Virus record (IMG/VR): IMGVR_UViG_3300021138_000003
Direction: 5' to 3' (one strand)
DNA from: an uncultured virus (IMG/VR IMGVR_UViG_3300021138_000003)
Lineage: Duplodnaviria; Heunggongvirae; Uroviricota; Caudoviricetes
Length of the DNA: 64,000 nt
The notes below the pieces were generated by a model. The model had not been told where the DNA came from. It worked only from the letters and a program-made list of their open reading frames with translations, and made no database searches. Positions 51,507 to 59,389 of this stretch are shown one piece after another. Both the position numbers and the translations under genes were made by a program. Position 1 is the stretch's first letter. Every line of letters begins with the position of its first letter.

Positions 51507-52520
51507 ATGCAATTGTTTAAAAAAGTAGCAGCGTTTACCGATATTCACTTCGGTCTTAAAAGTAATAGTGCAACTCACAACAATGATTGTGAAGAATTTG
51601 TTGATTGGTTTATCGAGGAATCTAAAAAAGCAGGTGCAGAAACCTGCATATTCCTCGGTGACTGGCATCATAATCGAAACACTATTAATTTAACCACACT
51701 CGATACCAGTTTGCGATGCTTAGAAAAACTAGGTGCTGCTTTTGAGCAGTTCTTTTGGTTTCCGGGCAATCACGATTTGTTCTATAAAGACAAAAGAGAT
51801 GTGCATTCTAGTGCTTTTGGTAAACATATTCCAGGAGTAACTATCGTCAATAAAATCACAACAATCGGTGATGTTACACTTGTTCCGTGGTTAATTAAAG
51901 ACGAATGGAAAAACATCAGCAAAATCAAAAGCAAATATATGTTTGGTCATTTTGAATTGCCACTGTTTTATATGAATGCAATGGTCCAGATGCCAGATCA
52001 CGGCGAACTTCAATCCGTGCATTTCAAACATCAGGATTATGTGTTCTCTGGACATTTTCACAAGCGTCAAAATCGTGATAAGATTTGGTACATCGGAAAT
52101 GCATTCCCACATAACTTTGCAGACACAGGCGACGACGATCGCGGTATGATGCTCCTAGATTGGGGTGGAAAACCAGAGTTTATCTCATGGGACGATGCTC
52201 CTAAGTTTAGAAATCTTAAACTCAGCGAGCTTATCGATCAAAAAGACGACATTCTCAAAAGTAAAATGTATCTGAGAGTTAATCTCGACATCGATATCTC
52301 ATATGAAGAAGCTAATTTCATTAAGGAATCATTTGTTAATGAGTATGATATTAGAGAAATTAGTCTAATTCAAGACAAAGTTAGTTTAGATGCTGCAACC
52401 GAGGATAACCCAGATGTAGAATTCGAATCTGTAGATAAAATCGTAATGGAACAACTGATCAAAATAGAATCAGATGCATTTGATACCAAAATGCTTTTAG
52501 AGATTTATAATAACCTATAA
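51507..52520 (+). CDS. recombination endonuclease subunit gp47 (Mre11/SbcD-like)
   Basis: DIHFG, GDWHH, GNHD, GHFE, SGHFH. Confidence 0.93.
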   Translation: MQLFKKVAAFTDIHFGLKSNSATHNNDCEEFVDWFIEESKKAGAETCIFLGDWHHNRNTINLTTLDTSLRCLEKLGAAFEQFFWFPGNHDLFYKDKRDVHSSAFGKHIPGVTIVNKITTIGDVTLVPWLIKDEWKNISKIKSKYMFGHFELPLFYMNAMVQMPDHGELQSVHFKHQDYVFSGHFHKRQNRDKIWYIGNAFPHNFADTGDDDRGMMLLDWGGKPEFISWDDAPKFRNLKLSELIDQKDDILKSKMYLRVNLDIDISYEEANFIKESFVNEYDIREISLIQDKVSLDAATEDNPDVEFESVDKIVMEQLIKIESDAFDTKMLLEIYNNL

Positions 52521-52558
52521 TGTCATTCAATATTAAAACACTCACCGTTAAGAGGTAA
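52520..52558 (+). pseudogene. remnant 5' end of gp46 (12 aa)
   Basis: MSFNIKTLTVKR*, coupled to the gp47 stop by TAATG; aligns with the gp46 start MAFRIKSLTLKN. Confidence 0.65.
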
Positions 52559-52578
52559 ATATATCAAAAAGGTTTACC

Positions 52579-53244
52579 ATGAGACGACAATTTAATGACA
52601 AAGAATTAGAATTATTACACAATTTAGATTATAGTTCGAAAGAATTAGAAGAAATTTTAGGATTACCTAGTTATACTATTCAGCAATCTCGCAATAAATT
52701 AGGTATTAAAGCAAAAATTGGGCGGCCTTCGGGTATACCTTCATCGTTAAAAGGTGTAAAGAGATCAATCGAAATAGGTAAAAAAATTTCGTTAGCAAAA
52801 AAAGGAAAAGCTAATCCTAATAAAACGCGAAAAGAAACTAGAGAATGCATAGGTAAAGAATGTAATAATATGTTTATAGTTGTACAGTCTAGTTCTAAAA
52901 AATATTGTTCTCATTCCTGCCAACAACGAACAACAAATGTTGCAAAAAAAGGAATAGGTACTAGAAAAATTCGTAATATATTAACGCCAGAATATAAACG
53001 TTACGCAAGAAAAGTTCACGGGTTAAGTCAAAAAATATATGAACAAAATATCAATATAATCAATCCTAACAATTACCCCAGAACACGTTGCGGAATAGAT
53101 GGCGGCTGGCAACTAGATCATATAATTCCTATCAAAGAATGTTTCGAAAAAGGGTTAACTCCTCAAGAAGCATCACAAATCAGTAACCTTAGAATGTTAC
53201 CATGGAAAGATAATTTAATGAGGCAATATGGCATTTCGAATTAA
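52579..53244 (+). mobile_element. free-standing HNH homing endonuclease gene
   Basis: C-terminal WQLDHIIP...SNLRMLPWKDN; Cys-rich CxxxxC...YCSHSC segment; basic N-terminus; lies between gp47 and gp46. Confidence 0.8.
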
Positions 53245-55015
53245 GAGTTTAACTTTGAAAAACTTCCTCTCAGTAGGAAATCAAACCCAGGCAGTCGATT
53301 TTGACAAAGAACATCTCACACTAGTTCTAGGTGAAAACCTAGATCTCGGTGGTGATGATAGCGGTAGTCGAAATGGAACGGGCAAAACTACTATGATCAA
53401 CGCACTTAGCTATGCATTATATGGCCAAGCGTTGACCAACATTCGAAAAGAGAATTTAATCAATAAAACTAATGGTAAACACATGTTGGTTACTGTAGAG
53501 TTTGAAACAAAGGGTTCTACTTATCGAATCGAGCGTGGTCGTAAGCCTAACGTCTTAAAACTGTTTAAAGATGATCAAGAACAGAAAAAAGACGAAACCG
53601 AAGACGACGCACAAGGGGATAGCAGAGAAACCCAAAAAGATATTGAACAACTCCTAGGCATGAAGCATACTATGTTTAAGCACTTGGTTGCGCTTAACAC
53701 ATATACCGAACCGTTCTTATCTATGGGTGCTGCTGCACAACGAGAAGTCATCGAACAGCTATTAGGTATTACTGTTCTCAGCGAAAAAGCTGAAAATCTT
53801 AAAATAGCAATGAAAAAAGTCAAAGACGACATTCAATTAGAAACATTTAAAATTGAAAGTATTAAGACCGCCAACAGCAATGTTCAAAAAAGCATCGATA
53901 GCATCTCTATTAAAAGTACTGCTTGGGAAAATAAACAACAACAAGAAATAGATAAGCTAGGTAAAGCTATTATAGAATTAAGTTCTGTTGATATCGATGC
54001 AGAACTCAATGCCCATGTTACTCTTAAAGAATGGAATACAAATATTTCAACTAAAAGAGAACTGGTAAAACAGCAGGCAACATTAGAGTCTGCACTAAGT
54101 CGAGCAGAAAAGGCTGTGGACAAATACGCTAGAGAAATTTCTTCTCTAGAAGATAAAAAATGTCCCAGCTGCGAACAATCATTGCTCGATCATAAACACA
54201 GCGAAATGGTAGAAATTGTTAAAAAAGATCACAAAGAAAGCGTCATTTATGCAGATAAAGTCCGCAATGACTTATCAGTAATCAATGTCGCATTACAAGA
54301 GCTCGGAGATTTAACAAAGCCCGCTGATACATTTTATGAAACAGAGAGTGAAGCTCTAGGTCATAAAAATAATCTTGCTAGTTTAGAAAACAGTTTGGAA
54401 TCTAAACTATTAGAGATGAACCCTTATCTTGAGCAAATTGAAGATCTAACGGAAACTGCACTCCAAGAAATTGATTGGACTACAGTTAATGAGTTGACAA
54501 AACTTAAAGATCATCAAGATTTCATGCATAAGCTACTAACAAATAAAGATTCTTTCATTAGAAAAAAGATCATAGATCAAAATCTAAGTTACCTAAACAA
54601 AAGATTGAGTTACTATGTCAGTAAACTAGGATTGCCGCATTTAGTGGTATTCCAAAATGACCTATCTGTAGAAATTACACAGCTAGGTCAAGAACTAGAT
54701 TTTGACAATCTAAGTCGTGGTGAACGAAATCGACTAATTTTAAGTCTAAGTTTTGCGTTCCGCGATGTTTGGGAAAACTTATATCAACACATTAACCTAC
54801 TGTTTGTAGACGAGCTAATCGATGCTGGCATGGATGCCGCTGGCGTAGAAGCAGGGTTAAGCGTACTGAAGAAAATGGCCAGAGAAAGAAATAAAAACGT
54901 ATTTTTGATCAGTCATAAAGATGACTTAGTTGGTCGAGTAAACACCGTTCTACGAGTAATCAAGGAGAACGGTTTCACGAGCTATGATTCAAATCCAGAA
55001 TATGTGGAGGCCTGA
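53228..55015 (+). CDS. recombination ATPase subunit gp46 (Rad50/SbcC-like)
   Basis: KNFLSVGN, Walker A NGTGKT, zinc hook CPSC, signature LSRGE, LFVDE, ISHK. Confidence 0.95.
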   Translation: MAFRIKSLTLKNFLSVGNQTQAVDFDKEHLTLVLGENLDLGGDDSGSRNGTGKTTMINALSYALYGQALTNIRKENLINKTNGKHMLVTVEFETKGSTYRIERGRKPNVLKLFKDDQEQKKDETEDDAQGDSRETQKDIEQLLGMKHTMFKHLVALNTYTEPFLSMGAAAQREVIEQLLGITVLSEKAENLKIAMKKVKDDIQLETFKIESIKTANSNVQKSIDSISIKSTAWENKQQQEIDKLGKAIIELSSVDIDAELNAHVTLKEWNTNISTKRELVKQQATLESALSRAEKAVDKYAREISSLEDKKCPSCEQSLLDHKHSEMVEIVKKDHKESVIYADKVRNDLSVINVALQELGDLTKPADTFYETESEALGHKNNLASLENSLESKLLEMNPYLEQIEDLTETALQEIDWTTVNELTKLKDHQDFMHKLLTNKDSFIRKKIIDQNLSYLNKRLSYYVSKLGLPHLVVFQNDLSVEITQLGQELDFDNLSRGERNRLILSLSFAFRDVWENLYQHINLLFVDELIDAGMDAAGVEAGLSVLKKMARERNKNVFLISHKDDLVGRVNTVLRVIKENGFTSYDSNPEYVEA

Positions 55016-55266
55016 TGTCAGAACTGATAAACAAGTATACTGAACTACATGACGAGTTTATAGACGCATTAGTTGAGTACCATACTTTACATCTATCGTT
55101 TTTAGAAAGACAAAGTCCATCTAGAACTTCAGATTTAAGAAAAGTTTTAAAAAGATTGCGACTAACCGCGAAGGCCATGGAACAAATTGCCCAACTACGT
55201 AAAAAAGAAAGAAGCGTAGAATGGAGCGCAGTCAACAGAGTAAAAAAGGATAATACAAATGAGTGA
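55015..55266 (+). CDS. small helical protein, possible divergent paralog of the downstream histone-like protein
   Basis: 83 aa; TSDLRKVLKRL resembles GTRARKALGDL of the next ORF. Confidence 0.6.
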   Translation: MSELINKYTELHDEFIDALVEYHTLHLSFLERQSPSRTSDLRKVLKRLRLTAKAMEQIAQLRKKERSVEWSAVNRVKKDNTNE

Positions 55267-55453
55267 TACAACAACCGCAATTCAGACCGCAGTAGATTCG
55301 TTTCTAGCAGAAGATGCTAAGTTTACCAAGGGTAATGCTGCTGCCGGTACTCGTGCTCGCAAGGCACTAGGTGACCTCGGCAAGCTCGTTAAGACTCGTC
55401 GTAACGAAATTACTGCTGAAAAGAATGCACGCAAGGAAGCCAAGGCCAAGTAA
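55259..55453 (+). CDS. histone H1-like (Hc1-family) basic protein
   Basis: KFTKGNAAAGTRARKAL...KTRRNEI. Confidence 0.7.
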   Translation: MSDTTTAIQTAVDSFLAEDAKFTKGNAAAGTRARKALGDLGKLVKTRRNEITAEKNARKEAKAK

Positions 55454-55879
55454 TTGACCTGGTTCTTTCAGAACAATATTGTATCTGAACTACCCGAAGA
55501 CTGTGTTGGTTTCGTTTATTTGATTACCAACACGGTCTCCGGCCGTATGTACATAGGCAAAAAACTAGCAAAATTTTCAAAGACGACCTACAAAACTGTA
55601 AAGTTGAAGAACGGCACAAAAAAACGTAAAAAAATTCGAGGCAAAATTGAATCTGATTGGCAAACGTATTATGGTTCAAGTGAGAACCTAAATGCAGACG
55701 TTGAGGCCTTAGGCAAGGATAAATTCAAGCGAGAGATTCTTTATTACTGCAAGTCTAAAGCAGAATGCAGTTATGTTGAAGCTCGGGAACAATTTAACCG
55801 TAAAGTTTTAGAAACAACAGATTATTATAACGGACATATTTCCGTCCGTGTACATGGCTCACACATTAAGAAACTGTAA
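55454..55879 (+). CDS. small GIY-YIG nuclease-family protein (Seg-like)
   Basis: TTG start; GFVYLITN...MYIGKK, YYGSS, FKREIL, YYN. Confidence 0.85.
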   Translation: MTWFFQNNIVSELPEDCVGFVYLITNTVSGRMYIGKKLAKFSKTTYKTVKLKNGTKKRKKIRGKIESDWQTYYGSSENLNADVEALGKDKFKREILYYCKSKAECSYVEAREQFNRKVLETTDYYNGHISVRVHGSHIKKL

Positions 55880-55880
55880 T

Positions 55881-56162
55881 ATGACTGACTATAATAACGC
55901 AAAAAAACACGATTATGATCTACAAGATATAATTGCGTTGGAAAAAATTAGGCACAAAATTCAAGATCCTAAATGGCAAAACTATAGTCTCGGCAAAACT
56001 AAAAACAGACCACTATCTCAAAATACAAAAATCAACTTAGGCAAACACGAACAACACGATTGGCAACCACTCAAAGGTCCATTTGGTCCACATGCAGGCA
56101 AGATAATTTGTAAGACCTGCAAAGACAAATGGGTCGCATGGCTTCCTAAAGGCTCCATCTAA
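55881..56162 (+). CDS. small putative zinc-binding protein
   Basis: ATG 55881 immediately after the previous stop; GPHAGKIICKTC...WVAWL. Confidence 0.65.
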   Translation: MTDYNNAKKHDYDLQDIIALEKIRHKIQDPKWQNYSLGKTKNRPLSQNTKINLGKHEQHDWQPLKGPFGPHAGKIICKTCKDKWVAWLPKGSI

Positions 56163-56164
56163 GG

Positions 56165-56545
56165 CACTACAGTTCGTAACACATAAGGGTGTCGGCCCAG
56201 TACTAAACCGATGTGGAAAAGGCGATGATTCCTAGTCGCACACGTAACATGTTAAGCATTCCCCACTGGGTCTAAGATTGACATAGAATGTCTGTTACCA
56301 TTCGAAAACACTAATGCTCTTAAAAACCTTGAGGACGGAACGAACCCAAGGATACTACAAAATTGCTTGTAGGATGTCGCGGTAGGCAGGGAAAGCGCAG
56401 AGCCCATAGAGCGGGTGTATAAACAAGGAACCTACTTCCAATGTCTTGGCTGTGAGAACTCACATGAAAACCAAGGATGGCGGAACCTTTAAGGAGGTTC
56501 CGTCTGACTGCAACAATCTACATGAATATTAAGTTGCTTCGCTCA
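56165..56545. ncRNA. candidate large structured non-coding RNA (family not recognised; strand unproven, likely +)
   Basis: No ORF of 60 aa or more; about 46% GC by hand count over 56161-56520; at least 9 complementary helices including a probable pseudoknot. Confidence 0.55.
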
Positions 56546-56665
56546 TAGATTCATATAAATCAAACTAAATGAAAAAAGAAAAATTGCTTCGAACGATTAG
56601 TGAAGAAGCAAATGAGCTTCAGCTCATTATTATAATAAATAAAACATCGCTTGTGGAGCATAAGA

Positions 56666-57499
56666 ATGAAAATCAATGAATTAATGACTGAATCGCAGAT
56701 AGATGAATTAAGTCTAGGTGGGATTGGCAGAGGGCTAGCTAAAGGAGTAGGTGGGTTTGCTAGAGGTGCAGGCGCACTAGCTGGCGGCCTTGCAGGCGCT
56801 GGCGCTGCTGCTCGACAAGGATATGCTGCTGGTCGATCAGCAGTTAGTGGTCAAACTCTGACTCATTCAAATGGCAGATCAATTAAAAAAGGCGAACAGT
56901 TTGATGCTGTAACTGGTAAACCATTACCACAAGCTAGTGAACAACCATCTCCGCAAGCTACTACAGCAGCGCCTATTTCGCAGGGTACAACTCCTACACA
57001 AGGTACTGCAACTACTTCACAGACTACAAATCCATTTGCTGCACCTACTGTTCCTCAAAGACCTGCAACTACTACTAATTTTAGAAGTCCAACTAGCGGA
57101 GGCATCACTACAGGTGGTAGCTTATTACGTACTGGTTCAACAACTGCTGCTTCAAAGGCTCCGCAAGCCGTTGCTCCTACTCCTAAAGCTGCTGCTCCTC
57201 AGGCCGCTAAGATATCTCCAGAAGAACAGCAATGGGAAGCAAATCTTAAAAAGCAAGGTATGACTCCTGACGAAATTGAAAAGGCTCGTCCGGCTTATCG
57301 AGCTCGTCAAAATAGACCACTTCCGCAGGCAGGTGGTACAACACTAGCTGCTAATAGACCAGCAATGAAGTCTGGAGATTATGATTGGGCAGGCGGAGGA
57401 GTTGGTCCAGACACTAAAATAGGCGATATTAAAAATATGCAGAAACCTACATCAGAATCTGTGATTTTTTATAGTAAATTTCTAGGTCAAGACATTTAA
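56666..57499 (+). CDS. putative virion internal protein, low complexity
   Basis: Start MKINELMTESQIDE after GGAG RBS and AATAAATA; rich in Gly/Ala/Thr/Pro. Confidence 0.65.
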   Translation: MKINELMTESQIDELSLGGIGRGLAKGVGGFARGAGALAGGLAGAGAAARQGYAAGRSAVSGQTLTHSNGRSIKKGEQFDAVTGKPLPQASEQPSPQATTAAPISQGTTPTQGTATTSQTTNPFAAPTVPQRPATTTNFRSPTSGGITTGGSLLRTGSTTAASKAPQAVAPTPKAAAPQAAKISPEEQQWEANLKKQGMTPDEIEKARPAYRARQNRPLPQAGGTTLAANRPAMKSGDYDWAGGGVGPDTKIGDIKNMQKPTSESVIFYSKFLGQDI

Positions 57500-58242
57500 T
57501 TATTGGAATTTTTAAGAGATGCAAATCGCGCCTTGCGGCCTTCTGAAATTGCTCTCTTATGTTCTTCGGATTTAGGCTTACGCATTTTTTGTTTAGTCTC
57601 TTCAGATTTTGGTCCAAGTTTCTTTCCCTTGAGGCTATCTGATAATTTCTGTTTATGTTCTTCGGATTTAATTTTGCCTTTGAGGCCAGCCGATATTTTT
57701 TTAGATATTTCTTTTTTCTGTTGGTCTGAAAATTCTACAGGATCTCTATTTTTCTGCGCAATACTCATTCTTTCTTTTTGCGCTAAAGTTCGCGTTTTTC
57801 CTATATTTGCTATCCGGCGTTTTTCTATAGTTTCTGGAGAAGATATGCGCCCTAAATTTCCTTTTGAAATATTAGCACGATGTTCACTACTTAATATTTT
57901 ACCTTTAAATTTCTCACTTTGAATTTTAGAGGCTTCTTTTTTAATAACTTCATATAATCTAGAATTAATATATCGATGTTGATATTGTCGTGCGCGTTTC
58001 ATTCCGTTGCACGCATAAATCATTTTATGATAATCATTACCAATTGTGAACTTAGTTAATAAAAAATGACAAATAAAATGTTCTCTAGCTGTTAATCTCA
58101 CAAGATTTGATTCATCATTATTACCACCTAAGCTTCTTGGTATTATATGATGTACTTCGGAATAATCTAAAATCCTATATTGTGATTTTGCATTCTGAAT
58201 GATATTATTATACCATTTATTATATTTGTTATCTATAAACAT
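57496..58242 (-). mobile_element. free-standing HNH endonuclease gene with NUMOD3 repeats
   Basis: EVHHIIPRSLGG...NLVRLTAREHFICH; repeated SEEHKxKxS NUMOD3-like units. Confidence 0.88.
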
Positions 58243-58262
58243 TAAGTCTGTATCCTTATGTT

Positions 58263-58270
58263 TATTTATA
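58263..58270 (-). promoter_or_regulatory. T4-type late promoter for the HNH gene
   Basis: Exact TATAAATA 20 nt upstream of the ATG. Confidence 0.7.
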
Positions 58271-58295
58271 CTTATAAATGCAGGCTAGTGTTTTT

Positions 58296-58532
58296 CTAAA
58301 AGAAATTAAGACCAGTTTCTTTGGTTGTATTGAGATTATCTTCGATAATTCCGTAGATAATCTCACGAGTTTCAACATCTAGTTGAAATGCTAGGTCTAG
58401 GGTAACACTACCTCTCATAAACCAACAAATTTTAAGTAGATCTTTTTTAATAGCCTTGGAATCTTTGTCAAATTGAAGTACAAAATCTTCAATCTCAGAG
58501 CTATCGAGTGTTAAGATCTTTGCGCGAAAAAA
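58296..58532 (-). CDS. -1 frame extension of the gp26-like gene (gp51 / gpT-like), probably reached by programmed frameshift
   Basis: 78 open codons FFRAKILTLD...CWFMRGSV...ETGLNFF*, beginning at T TTT TTC; the only ATG lies halfway (58418). Confidence 0.65.
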   Translation of the reverse strand, partial: FFRAKILTLDSSEIEDFVLQFDKDSKAIKKDLLKICWFMRGSVTLDLAFQLDVETREIIYGIIEDNLNTTKETGLNFF

Positions 58533-59380
58533 TCCGAGTTGTCCATTGTCACTGGGAGAAGATATGTTTCAGGTGCACCTGCTTCAATCTGCTCTTCAGA
58601 TGATCTAATTGTTATTGGCTTAAGACTGTTTGCATCGCGCATGGCAGCAATGTGTTCTTGTATTTTTTTGTAAACATCTTTGTCTGCATTATCGAGAAAT
58701 TCTTTAATAAATTCTCGTTCTCTAACAATTGTGCCCGGGATTTCTATGGCTTTAATACTTTCGACTGTGAGATCTAAAGTAATATCGCTCATAGAGCCTA
58801 GTCCTTGATTGTAAATTTCTAATTTTTGTTCTTCACTTAACTCGTCATTATTTGCCGCCTGTAATAGACGCTGAGTTTCAAAAGTTTTTAAACTGGTATT
58901 TGTAAGATGTTTGTATGTTAGCGGACGAATGAAACAAGTTAAATTATCAGTGATCTGCACAGCTTCTTTCCACGGATCTGATCTTGATAATTCGTCGAGC
59001 AAGATGCGTAGGTCGACTTGGTAGGTTACATCTTCGTTGGTGTTAGGAACTCGATGAGTGAGATCCATCATTTCTCCGTAGGTTGCTAATCTAATAGCAA
59101 TTAACAGAGTATCAACGTCGATGTTTGGAGTATCCCAGGCATTTTTGATGTTAGGAATGCAGCTCTCGATCACATCAACTACTGCTTGACCGTTGAGTAG
59201 CGCATCAGGAGTTTTAAACATTAGTTCATCTTTGGCAGTCATGGAATAAACTGGCAATTGGCCGTTTTCTGGATAATTGATACTACCATCGGGCCAATAG
59301 GCTCCGTTGCTGGGTAAACTAATGTAGATCTTAGGTTGTCTCATGAAGTTAGACAACGGATTTTGTTTAGATACAGTCAT
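58511..59380 (-). CDS. gp26-like baseplate hub / tail assembly chaperone, paralog B
   Basis: NPLSNFMRQPK...LPSNG...YSMTAKDE...IAIRLATYG...RPLTYK...DFF. Confidence 0.8.
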   Translation of the reverse strand: MTVSKQNPLSNFMRQPKIYISLPSNGAYWPDGSINYPENGQLPVYSMTAKDELMFKTPDALLNGQAVVDVIESCIPNIKNAWDTPNIDVDTLLIAIRLATYGEMMDLTHRVPNTNEDVTYQVDLRILLDELSRSDPWKEAVQITDNLTCFIRPLTYKHLTNTSLKTFETQRLLQAANNDELSEEQKLEIYNQGLGSMSDITLDLTVESIKAIEIPGTIVREREFIKEFLDNADKDVYKKIQEHIAAMRDANSLKPITIRSSEEQIEAGAPETYLLPVTMDNSDFFAQRS

Positions 59381-59389
59381 GTATTATCC

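Noticed and set aside
56165..56545. Group I/II intron, tmRNA, RNase P RNA or tRNA assignment for the structured region
   Set aside because: No interrupted gene, no group II domain V, no tRNA-like ends or T-loop, and no RNase P GAGGAAAGUCC core recognised; kept only as an unclassified candidate
58296..58418. Independent 40-aa gene starting at ATG 58418
   Set aside because: No convincing SD, and it leaves 38 open upstream codons unexplained; the frameshift model fits better, though this start is not excluded
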